In this document: piece after piece, positions 1-6,988 of the stretch
How positions within the stretch are numbered: position 1 is the stretch's first letter
Layout: every line of letters begins with the position of its first letter
From: a virus
Taxonomy: Duplodnaviria; Heunggongvirae; Uroviricota; Caudoviricetes
Length of the DNA: 10,584 nucleotides
IMG/VR virus record: IMGVR_UViG_3300019376_000001
Direction: 5' to 3' (one strand)
Notes under the pieces: generated by a model
The model's database searches: none
Told to the model about the DNA's origin: nothing
Seen by the model: the letters and a program-made list of their open reading frames with translations, nothing else
Program-made: the position numbers and the translations under genes

Positions 1-2540
1 AAAGAATAAGGAAGTGAATGGTTCAAGCTAAACGCATAACCAAGCTGAGGCGCAATCGCATTTTCCCAGAAATAGTCAGCAACCATTCTGTCCTCAAAGC
101 TTCCATATACCTGTTCGCGCAACTCTGGAATCTTGCTCATTTGTTTCTTACCAACAATCTTACGAGCGTTATTTGCTTCACCGAGCGTAAATCCGGCAAC
201 ATCCATAAGAAGTTCCATCATCTGCTCCTGGAGAGCGCAACATCCCCAATACTGGTCACAATGTTTATGCATTAACTCTCTCTGTTGGTCAGTAAATCTT
301 GCTCTCTGCATTTCTGCATCGAATACTTCCAAGCCTTGATTCTGAATACGAACATATCTGTCCTGCTGAGACTCCTTGCCTTTTTCAGACATAAGTCTCA
401 TCATAGCGTTCGCTGCAGTCATCTCCATAGGGTTTTGAGGTTTAAGCTTTTTCGCAATCGCCAAACCTACGCCAGTAGAGAACTGGAATACGTCAAGAAC
501 ATCACCCAAAGCCAAATGTTCCCAAAGTCTTGGGTCTGTCGTATCCATAATCTCAGGATGAATGTATTTATTATATAATTCACGAATTGTGAATTCAGCT
601 TCAACAACTTTATCTTTCTGTAATAACTCGAAACACTTGATAATTTTATCAGAAATTTCAGTTACAAGGAAGTCGTACTTTGTATCACCCGCTGCTTCCG
701 CTTTATGTAGGTCGTAGCAAGTAATCAAGTCGCCTCCTGGAGTCTTCATGAAAGATGCAGTTTCAAATGGGTCATCACCATAAAGAATAACACCAGACGC
801 ATGAGAAGAACGCTTATTTACAAGACCTTCAATTCTTTCAATAATATCCAAAAGACCAGGATATTGATTTACTTCACGAATGAAAGCCTGAACTGGTTTT
901 CTACCTTTTTCCTCACTACCATGAATAACTTCACTAATAGACCACAAAAATCCACGCTCTTGTGGAATCAGCGAAGACATGTATTGAGCTTGGTCAACAT
1001 CAATTCCATCTGGGAAGTCATCACTCCTGTAGCCTCTGCAAGCCGTGAGAACTGCTGACTTAGTTCCTTCAGTTCCGAAAGTTGCGACCTGAATGAGTCC
1101 GAATTCTCCTCGCTCTTTTCTGATAGCTTCGAAGATTGCTGGTCGTTTACTTGGTGCCAAGTCAATGTCGATATCTGGCAACTCTGCTCTTTCTTTATTG
1201 AGGAATCGCCAGTAAGGCAACTTCCATCTGATTGGGTCGAGCTGAGTGATTCCAAGTAAGTAGTTCGATAGGAATCCAGTTGCTGAACCTCGTCCAGGGC
1301 CAACTGTACTTCCGCATTCCCAAAATAAGTCGATGTAGTGCTTAAAGGTGTTGAAATATGCGAATAAGCAGTCATCTAACTTCTCTCCAATATATTTAAT
1401 TACATCAGCTTCGATTTCCAATCTCTGAGCATATTCACTATTGCCATCGAGATTCATTTCAATCAACTTGTTGATGCATTCATTTGCCCAGTATCTTTCT
1501 TGAACATTATCAGACACCAACAAATCACGAATTGTTGGATACATATCCCATTCCCAAGCAGAACACTTAGGATAATCTTTTACTTCAACCTTTGGAATAA
1601 TCTGATTTCTTTCAAGAGAATACCAAGTAATTTTATCTTTAACTTCATTAGTATTATCTAAAATCCACTGAACAATATCTGCAGGATCTTCGTGAATATC
1701 CTCTGCATCAAAACATGGTTTCAAAAGTTCAGTTACTTCTTCTACAGTCATCAAACGAGAGAACTCGTAGAAAGAGTCAACCTCACGCTCGCCACCTTTA
1801 GAATTCAGATAAGCCTTATGAACTTGTCTATCTTCAGTTGTAAGATAATGTGCATCTGTTCCCACAACCATCTTAACGCCCATTGCTTTTGCAATTCTAT
1901 AGAGCTTATGATTAACAATCATCTGGTCCTGCATAGTGGAAGGCGCACATTCAATATAGAAATCATCACCAAAAACATCTTTACAAAATGTGACAAATTC
2001 TACAATCTGACTATGATACTCGCGCATTGCTTTAGTATCATTCACATCGGCCGCAAGTTCCATAGCCAAAGCTAAAGTGGAAAGTTCTCCACCCATACAT
2101 GCTGTAGTCGCAACCACATGACCTCTATACTTATTCATTACCTCTTGGAGTTCAGATTTAAGCAGAGGTACACGCTCCATTCGTCTATCTTCATAGCTAT
2201 TATACCATGCGATAGAACTCATTTCACGAAGAGCTTTGTGACCCAAAGCATCTTTCGCACCAAGAATGAAGTGGTAATATTTTTGACCACGACTTCTATC
2301 TTCAGTTAAATAAATCTCATTGCCAAGACCAATCGTGAAATCTGGGTCAATTTCTTTTAGCTTCTTTGCATACTGATTTACCTCCATGTGTGCTGAAAGA
2401 CACTCATGGTCGGTAATCATAATGCCACTGAGACCCATCTCTCTGGCTTTGTCAATGAGAGCTTTTGGTTTGTTAATACAGTCTAACAAACGGATATTGG
2501 AATATTCTGTGTGATTATGAATCCCGAAATAAGTTCCCAT
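1..2540 (-). CDS. dnaE: DNA polymerase III alpha subunit, DnaE-type (phage-encoded), 3'-partial, runs off the window edge
   Basis: Manual translation from ATG at 2540 gives 846 codons with no in-frame stop down to position 3. N-terminus MGTYFGIHNHTEYSNIRLLDCINKP. PHP motifs HNH, ITDH, GNE, TACMGG, GTDAHY. Also GPGRGSATG, RFLNKERAELPDIDID (catalytic DxD, 1161-1178), SSHASGV, KYDFL (666-680) and GYAFSLNHSLPYS at the window edge. SD AAAGGA at 2554-2549. Absent from the ORF track, presumably because its stop lies outside the window. Confidence 0.97.
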   Translation of the reverse strand, partial: MGTYFGIHNHTEYSNIRLLDCINKPKALIDKAREMGLSGIMITDHECLSAHMEVNQYAKKLKEIDPDFTIGLGNEIYLTEDRSRGQKYYHFILGAKDALGHKALREMSSIAWYNSYEDRRMERVPLLKSELQEVMNKYRGHVVATTACMGGELSTLALAMELAADVNDTKAMREYHSQIVEFVTFCKDVFGDDFYIECAPSTMQDQMIVNHKLYRIAKAMGVKMVVGTDAHYLTTEDRQVHKAYLNSKGGEREVDSFYEFSRLMTVEEVTELLKPCFDAEDIHEDPADIVQWILDNTNEVKDKITWYSLERNQIIPKVEVKDYPKCSAWEWDMYPTIRDLLVSDNVQERYWANECINKLIEMNLDGNSEYAQRLEIEADVIKYIGEKLDDCLFAYFNTFKHYIDLFWECGSTVGPGRGSATGFLSNYLLGITQLDPIRWKLPYWRFLNKERAELPDIDIDLAPSKRPAIFEAIRKERGEFGLIQVATFGTEGTKSAVLTACRGYRSDDFPDGIDVDQAQYMSSLIPQERGFLWSISEVIHGSEEKGRKPVQAFIREVNQYPGLLDIIERIEGLVNKRSSHASGVILYGDDPFETASFMKTPGGDLITCYDLHKAEAAGDTKYDFLVTEISDKIIKCFELLQKDKVVEAEFTIRELYNKYIHPEIMDTTDPRLWEHLALGDVLDVFQFSTGVGLAIAKKLKPQNPMEMTAANAMMRLMSEKGKESQQDRYVRIQNQGLEVFDAEMQRARFTDQQRELMHKHCDQYWGCCALQEQMMELLMDVAGFTLGEANNARKIVGKKQMSKIPELREQVYGSFEDRMVADYFWENAIAPQLGYAFSLNHSLPYS

Positions 2541-2580
2541 TCGACTTTTCCTTTCATCTTTTTATAACTTCTTTACTTAT

Positions 2581-2609
2581 ATTATATCATATTTTTCATT
2601 AAATGTCAA
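2581..2609 (-). promoter_or_regulatory. sigma70/sigmaA consensus promoter for dnaE
   Basis: Minus strand reads TTGACA (2609-2604), 17-nt spacer ending TGA, TATAAT (2586-2581). This is a perfect consensus with an extended -10 TG, about 40 nt upstream of the dnaE ATG. The -35 lies in the last codons of the upstream 61-aa ORF. Confidence 0.9.
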
Positions 2610-2784
2610 CTGGTTGCCCGTCAGCTTCAAGTCTATCCAAAAGGACTTGTAAGATGTAGGCTGCCGCAGTAAAATCTGTTGTTTGGTCAAGCAAGAATCT
2701 GGCAAAAGCTTCACTCTTAACAATACGACTTACTTCATCTAAGTTAACTTCAACTTCCATATTCCAATCTATTTTTTCTGCCAT
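2599..2784 (-). CDS. hypothetical protein, 61 aa, acidic
   Basis: ATG start with SD GAGGT embedded in the last codons of the upstream gene, 1 nt after its TAA. Fills the gap in a tightly packed operon. No recognisable motif. Confidence 0.75.
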   Translation of the reverse strand: MAEKIDWNMEVEVNLDEVSRIVKSEAFARFLLDQTTDFTAAAYILQVLLDRLEADGQPVDI

Positions 2785-2785
2785 A

Positions 2786-3412
2786 TTATTTTACCTCTTT
2801 ATAATAATACTCATACATTAACTTCCAAGTAGCAAACAAATGTCTGTACATCGGAGGAATCCACCAAGAGCTGCCACAGAGGACTACTCTATCAATTTTA
2901 TCAAGATATTTTTCTAATTTATAAAAATCAAATGGAAGCTCTAATACTTCTTGAGGGTAATACTTTGCGTCAATAATATCAGTGTCAAATTCTGAATTGC
3001 CATTAGCAACCCATGTGTAACTATTGATGCGATCTCGGTCAGTTAGATATTTTACCCAGTCACCAACGCTTGCAAAATCTAACTCTTCATCCCAGTGTTG
3101 ACAAATATATCCATATCCAATGTCATGATGATAATCTACATTGATTAAATCAAATTTCTCTAAGTCAGCAGTACAATCTACAATTTCCGCATGATTATCA
3201 ATGAAATAAAAAACATCTTTATCTAAGCGTTCAAAAAGTTTCATTAAAAACTCTGTTAAATTTTGATATAAACCAAGGTCGGCCGTAGCTCCCCACATAT
3301 GAGGGAAATGAGTTGCCATATCTTCAAATTTATATTCTTCTCTAATAAAATTGTTATAGGTAGGTAAACTTAAATACATAATTGTATCAAAATCAATAGT
3401 TAATACTGTCAT
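2786..3412 (-). CDS. UPF0489-like putative metallohydrolase (arginase/deacetylase-like fold)
   Basis: Motif series TIDFD...DNHAEI...NVDYHHD...VGDW...CGSSWWIPP resembles the UPF0489 family from recall, not from a search. ATGA overlap with the helicase stop. Confidence 0.65.
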   Translation of the reverse strand: MTVLTIDFDTIMYLSLPTYNNFIREEYKFEDMATHFPHMWGATADLGLYQNLTEFLMKLFERLDKDVFYFIDNHAEIVDCTADLEKFDLINVDYHHDIGYGYICQHWDEELDFASVGDWVKYLTDRDRINSYTWVANGNSEFDTDIIDAKYYPQEVLELPFDFYKLEKYLDKIDRVVLCGSSWWIPPMYRHLFATWKLMYEYYYKEVK

Positions 3413-4590
3413 CTATAATTCCTCACAATCACTAATCTATCTACTGCACGAGTAGCGGCCGTATAGAGCCAGCGCGCATGCATTTCTGCATCACCTTTAA
3501 GCCACTCTTCAAGAACTAAAACTTTACCATATTCAGAACCCTGTGACTTATGGCAAGTAATACAATAGCCATAATCAAATTCTTTAGGCCTCCAAATCTT
3601 AGGGAAAGATTTCCAGTTTTTTTGATTTACTGTTGTTTCACCTTCGTTCAACAACTTATAATCCATATTTACATTTCTGAATATCAAATCTTGAGGTGAC
3701 AGCATTAGGTCTTCATCCGTCACTCCCTCTGGTATAAAATCTGCTAACATTTGAGGTTTCAAGAAATAGTGGTTATCATTGAAAGTAACATTACTCAAAT
3801 ATCCGATACTTCCATTAACCATTACATCTCCCGCCTCGTTCGGATTCTCCCAGTCGTTGCGCACACAAATTACCTTATCCCCTTCGATAGGACGAGGGTC
3901 AGTGACGCCATGAATCATCTGGCGCATCTGATGATTTACCAGTCTTCTGGTTTCATTCTTCGCTACGATTACTTGGTCAGCCCAAGTAAGCATTCCGTCA
4001 ACCATATCACACTGGTCAATAACCTGCACTTGCTTACCCTTAAAAAGTTCAAGAGGCTTGCCCGCACGAATGTCCATAGTCAACTTAATAATTTCACTAT
4101 CTTCCTCTTGGCGCATAATCTCGTCCAAAAAGATATGAGCATCCTTAAGAACTCCATTATCTTTACCTACTGGTGGCAGCTGGAACGGGTCACCAAGAGC
4201 AATAACATGAATATTATGAGAAAGAAGCAACTGCCAAATTTCATCAGGCAACATAGAAATCTCGTCTACAACAATTAACTTATAAGGATAAATTGGTCTA
4301 CGAGGTCTGTGTGCGAAGGTGCCATCATTTCTCGGATAAGATTGATAAAGTAGTCTATGTGCGGTCATGGCATTGGGGCAACCTTTGTCCTTGAGGACAA
4401 GGGCTGCTTTGCCAGTAAAAGCGATATATGCAATATCGGTTTGACGGAGGTTTAGAGCGGATACAATGAACTTAACCAGAGTGGACTTTCCTGTACCGGC
4501 GTAACCAGCAATACAGGTATATGGAGCGTCTTCATTGTAACGCTTTACAGCAAGCTCCAATCCTTCCTGTTGTTTCTTTGTTAATTCCAT
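3409..4590 (-). CDS. SF1B DNA helicase, Dda/RecD2-like
   Basis: Walker A GYAGTGKS, motif Ia AFTGKAA, TAHRLLY, Walker B VVDEISM, motif III GDPFQLPPV, motif V YCITCHKSQGSEY, motif VI LYTAATRA. SD AAAGGAG upstream. Confidence 0.93.
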   Translation of the reverse strand: MELTKKQQEGLELAVKRYNEDAPYTCIAGYAGTGKSTLVKFIVSALNLRQTDIAYIAFTGKAALVLKDKGCPNAMTAHRLLYQSYPRNDGTFAHRPRRPIYPYKLIVVDEISMLPDEIWQLLLSHNIHVIALGDPFQLPPVGKDNGVLKDAHIFLDEIMRQEEDSEIIKLTMDIRAGKPLELFKGKQVQVIDQCDMVDGMLTWADQVIVAKNETRRLVNHQMRQMIHGVTDPRPIEGDKVICVRNDWENPNEAGDVMVNGSIGYLSNVTFNDNHYFLKPQMLADFIPEGVTDEDLMLSPQDLIFRNVNMDYKLLNEGETTVNQKNWKSFPKIWRPKEFDYGYCITCHKSQGSEYGKVLVLEEWLKGDAEMHARWLYTAATRAVDRLVIVRNYR

Positions 4591-4602
4591 TCATATTCTC
4601 CT

Positions 4603-5196
4603 TTATTCACAATAACAATCGGAATCATCATCGTCATCCCAATCATCATCTTCATATTCATAATCATCATCGTCGCTCGTCCACTCGGCGCTGTTGAATG
4701 CGGCAATGGGGTTCGAGAGATCGATATCTCGGCAAATCATGGTTTCATATGGGCAACCCCAAACGCAGCCTTCTACATAAAGGGTATCTTCATCCCAATC
4801 AAAATAAATAGGACAGAAGCCACAGCCGAACTTTTTATCATCAATATCAACATATGACTTGGCTTCCATATCATCCAAGTTCACAATAGTGATGCACTGG
4901 TAATCACCAGAAGTGATAATGTAATCTACCCCATTTTGTTCGACAAAAATTGCTTCAAAAGATGGGTAGTTGCGCACGAACTCAAACATTACAGTACCAT
5001 TACTGCAAATCTGAATGAGTGAAGAACCCCATACATGGTCGTCGGTAGCGTGCTTAAAACTCTGTTTAATAACACTATAAGGTTGAGGTAAATCTCTTAC
5101 TTGATATGAAATATCCTTAACCTCATGAATAATATAATTTTCCAGTAAACGCTGCTTATCTAATAGTGCAACTTCTTGATAGTTTTGTCTTTGCAT
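4603..5196 (-). CDS. hypothetical protein, 197 aa, Cys/Trp-containing core with a highly acidic C-terminal tail
   Basis: Start overlaps the stop of the HD gene (TAATG at 5198-5194). Core contains RNY...GDYQ...GFC...VEGCVWGCPYE. Tail DDDDYEYEDDDWDDDDDSD. Confidence 0.85.
   Translation of the reverse strand: MQRQNYQEVALLDKQRLLENYIIHEVKDISYQVRDLPQPYSVIKQSFKHATDDHVWGSSLIQICSNGTVMFEFVRNYPSFEAIFVEQNGVDYIITSGDYQCITIVNLDDMEAKSYVDIDDKKFGCGFCPIYFDWDEDTLYVEGCVWGCPYETMICRDIDLSNPIAAFNSAEWTSDDDDYEYEDDDWDDDDDSDCYCE
4618..4674 (-). repeat. low-complexity GAT-rich run encoding a poly-Asp/Glu tail
   Basis: Imperfect ATC trinucleotide repeats on the + strand, equal to Asp codons on the - strand. 15 of 19 residues are D or E. 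Confidence 0.8.
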
Positions 5197-5855
5197 TATT
5201 CTTCTTTCCTTTCATAAATCTTTAACCACTTTTCATATTCCTCTGAATAGTGAAATTTCAAGATATCATTTAAGGTTCTAATATTAGTGCGCAGAACAAA
5301 GAGAGGGTCTGCCATCTCTGGAAACTCTTCTTTTGCCTTCTTGAGAATGGGAAGAAGCAGCACTTCGGTCTCAGCGCAATTCTTACCAATAGAATCCGCA
5401 GAAAGAGCAAAAGGCATATCAGACAGATTATTATATCTATCCAATGCCTTACAAATCAAGGCTTCCTTACTTTCCAATAACTCGTTGAAATATCTGCACT
5501 TAGTTTCAATCTTAGAGATATCAGTATCCATATGCATGATTGTCATATGTACAACGGCATCTTTGATGGTGTCGTTTACTGGCAAATACTCTGCCTTGAT
5601 ATTGCAATCTTCGAGAATATCGTGCAAAAGAATAGTTGCAACAATATTGTCCTCGTTTAAACCGAGCGCAATGGCGTAACAAGCCATAGAAAGCGGATGC
5701 ACAATATAGGGGGTGCCATCTTTACGAGTCTGCGCACTGTGCTGTTTACGAGCGAATTGAAGCGCCTTGATAGACTCGGTCATACCCGCACCTGTGAGAT
5801 AACCTCTTAAATATGTATACATTTTGTCAACATTATAAGGTTGTCTGTTACTCAT
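5196..5855 (-). CDS. stand-alone RelA/SpoT-type HD-domain hydrolase (small alarmone hydrolase / Mesh1-like)
   Basis: RSH hydrolase motifs ARKQHSAQTRKDGTPYIVHP, LLHDILED, KALDRYNNL, plus the following helix CAETEVLLLP (compare ARETLxIYAP of Rel). No synthetase domain follows. SD AGGAGG at 5868-5863. Confidence 0.88.
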   Translation of the reverse strand: MSNRQPYNVDKMYTYLRGYLTGAGMTESIKALQFARKQHSAQTRKDGTPYIVHPLSMACYAIALGLNEDNIVATILLHDILEDCNIKAEYLPVNDTIKDAVVHMTIMHMDTDISKIETKCRYFNELLESKEALICKALDRYNNLSDMPFALSADSIGKNCAETEVLLLPILKKAKEEFPEMADPLFVLRTNIRTLNDILKFHYSEEYEKWLKIYERKEE

Positions 5856-5889
5856 ACCAATACCTCCTAACTTTTCTTTCTATACATTT

Positions 5890-5918
5890 ATTATACCATA
5901 TTTTATATGGAAAGTCAA
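5890..5918 (-). promoter_or_regulatory. sigma70/sigmaA promoter driving the HD hydrolase-helicase operon
   Basis: TTGACT (5918-5913), 17-nt spacer ending TGG, TATAAT (5895-5890). Lies downstream of a terminator and about 35 nt upstream of the ATG at 5855. Confidence 0.9.
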
Positions 5919-6022
5919 TTAGAAGCTTTTTAGAGAAAAATTACCCATGGCATTTTTAATTTGGGTTGACGATTCATGCGTCTGTCACCGGCCGGAGCGT
6001 GTTCCACAATTTGCATATAAAC

Positions 6023-6062
6023 AAAAAAAAATGGCTACATAGTTGTTACACTATGTAGCCAT
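6023..6062 (-). terminator. Rho-independent terminator after the lysozyme-domain gene
   Basis: Perfect 12-bp inverted repeat ATGGCTACATAG (6031-6042) / CTATGTAGCCAT (6051-6062) with an 8-nt loop, followed on the minus strand by a U-run (A-run at 6023-6031 on +). It begins 3 nt after the TAA. Confidence 0.93.
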
Positions 6063-6065
6063 CTG

Positions 6066-6938
6066 TTAATTTACAAAATAGTTATATGCTTTCAAGGCAT
6101 TAGACTGGCGGATTCCATAAGAACCACTGCCGCATCTTTCATATGCCTTTGCGAATGCCAATGCAGCATCCTCAGCATCTGTTAAAGCACAGAAACTTTC
6201 ATAATCCATGCCACTTCTAAATGCGTATCCGTATGTATCCAACTCTTTCTTAACAGTATCTCTTAAGAAATCGAGTTGGGCTTCAAGGCTTGCGCCCTGG
6301 ATACCTGGGTAATATCTACCAGACCATTGGCAAATACCGTAGTAGCCTCCGCCACTATGACCATATAAGAAAGGCTGTAAGTTGAGAGTCTGTCCGCCAA
6401 CTTCCGCCATCATGTTACCCATGACACCGGCGCAAACATAATCATTCCAACCTAATTCGTCTTTCATATATCTCCAAACTTGTGTTGCTACTGGATATTC
6501 TCCAGCTTTCTCGCTCCACATAGCTTCAATACGTACTTCTTCAGCTTCGATTGCGGCGATTGTTTCTTCATACTCCGCCATCAAGCCTCGCACATCTGCG
6601 AGCTCCTCTTCTACTAAGTCTCTTTCATCTGCTAACTCTTGGTTGTTTAACAGCTTAATGAGACGGAACTCATAGTCTTTACAAGTTGCCAGTTCAGTCT
6701 TTAATACTTCTTTATCAGTGGAATCTTCATATGTCATTTCTTGAAAATATTTCAACACTTCTGGAACTTTAACTTCTTCTGTCGGGTTTTCAATCATCAT
6801 CACAGCGGCCGTAGCCGCCGGGTCTGAACTTGCTGCACTGTCATCTGTTTTATTAAATGCTAACGATGTTGTTGTAATAAGTGCCACAAGTATAATTACT
6901 ATACCTACTATACGTAAGCAGTTGAGCTTCTTTTTCAT
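6066..6938 (-). CDS. signal-peptide/membrane-anchored protein with a C-terminal phage tail lysozyme (Phage_lysozyme2-like) domain
   Basis: N-terminus is MKKK plus a hydrophobic stretch (IVGIVIILVALITTTSLAF), followed by an acidic helical/coiled-coil linker. C-terminal motifs AGVMGNMMAE (putative catalytic Glu), GYYGICQW, QLDFL and AFAKAYER...R...A are typical of tail-lysozyme domains. Confidence 0.85.
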   Translation of the reverse strand: MKKKLNCLRIVGIVIILVALITTTSLAFNKTDDSAASSDPAATAAVMMIENPTEEVKVPEVLKYFQEMTYEDSTDKEVLKTELATCKDYEFRLIKLLNNQELADERDLVEEELADVRGLMAEYEETIAAIEAEEVRIEAMWSEKAGEYPVATQVWRYMKDELGWNDYVCAGVMGNMMAEVGGQTLNLQPFLYGHSGGGYYGICQWSGRYYPGIQGASLEAQLDFLRDTVKKELDTYGYAFRSGMDYESFCALTDAEDAALAFAKAYERCGSGSYGIRQSNALKAYNYFVN

Positions 6939-6955
6939 AATAATGTACTTTCCTT

Positions 6956-6973
6956 CCTAATATTACTATTAGG
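6956..6973 (-). promoter_or_regulatory. GNRA-capped hairpin overlapping the SD region of the lysozyme gene
   Basis: Minus strand CCTAATA-GTAA-TATTAGG, a 7-bp perfect stem. Its 3' AGG is the start of the purine tract AGGAAGGAAAG upstream of the ATG at 6938. Confidence 0.45.
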
Positions 6974-6988
6974 TCTGTTGTGCAATTA

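Noticed and set aside
968-1375. 135-aa minus-strand ORF from the track
   Set aside because: It is an alternative frame nested wholly within the conserved catalytic core of dnaE. It is Ser/Gln/Leu-rich, as is typical of a shifted frame, and has no clear SD.
18-2309. Plus-strand ORFs at 18-275, 133-339, 285-578, 801-1058, 1692-2075 and 2118-2309
   Set aside because: They are antisense shadows of dnaE, mostly codon-aligned with it, with no SD or protein-like motifs.
1-2540. Possible intron, intein or frameshift in dnaE, suggested by its absence from the ORF track
   Set aside because: Codon-by-codon reading found no in-frame stop, and motif spacing looks normal with no large insertion. The omission is explained by the gene running off the window.
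5930-6016. 28-codon minus-strand ORF (MQIVEHAPAGDRR...) in the intergenic region
   Set aside because: It starts just after a strong terminator and has no SD or promoter.
6956-6985. Candidate promoter TTGCAC-N17-TATTAG upstream of the lysozyme gene
   Set aside because: The -10 lacks the conserved final T and is much weaker than the two clear promoters, so it is not supportable from sequence alone.
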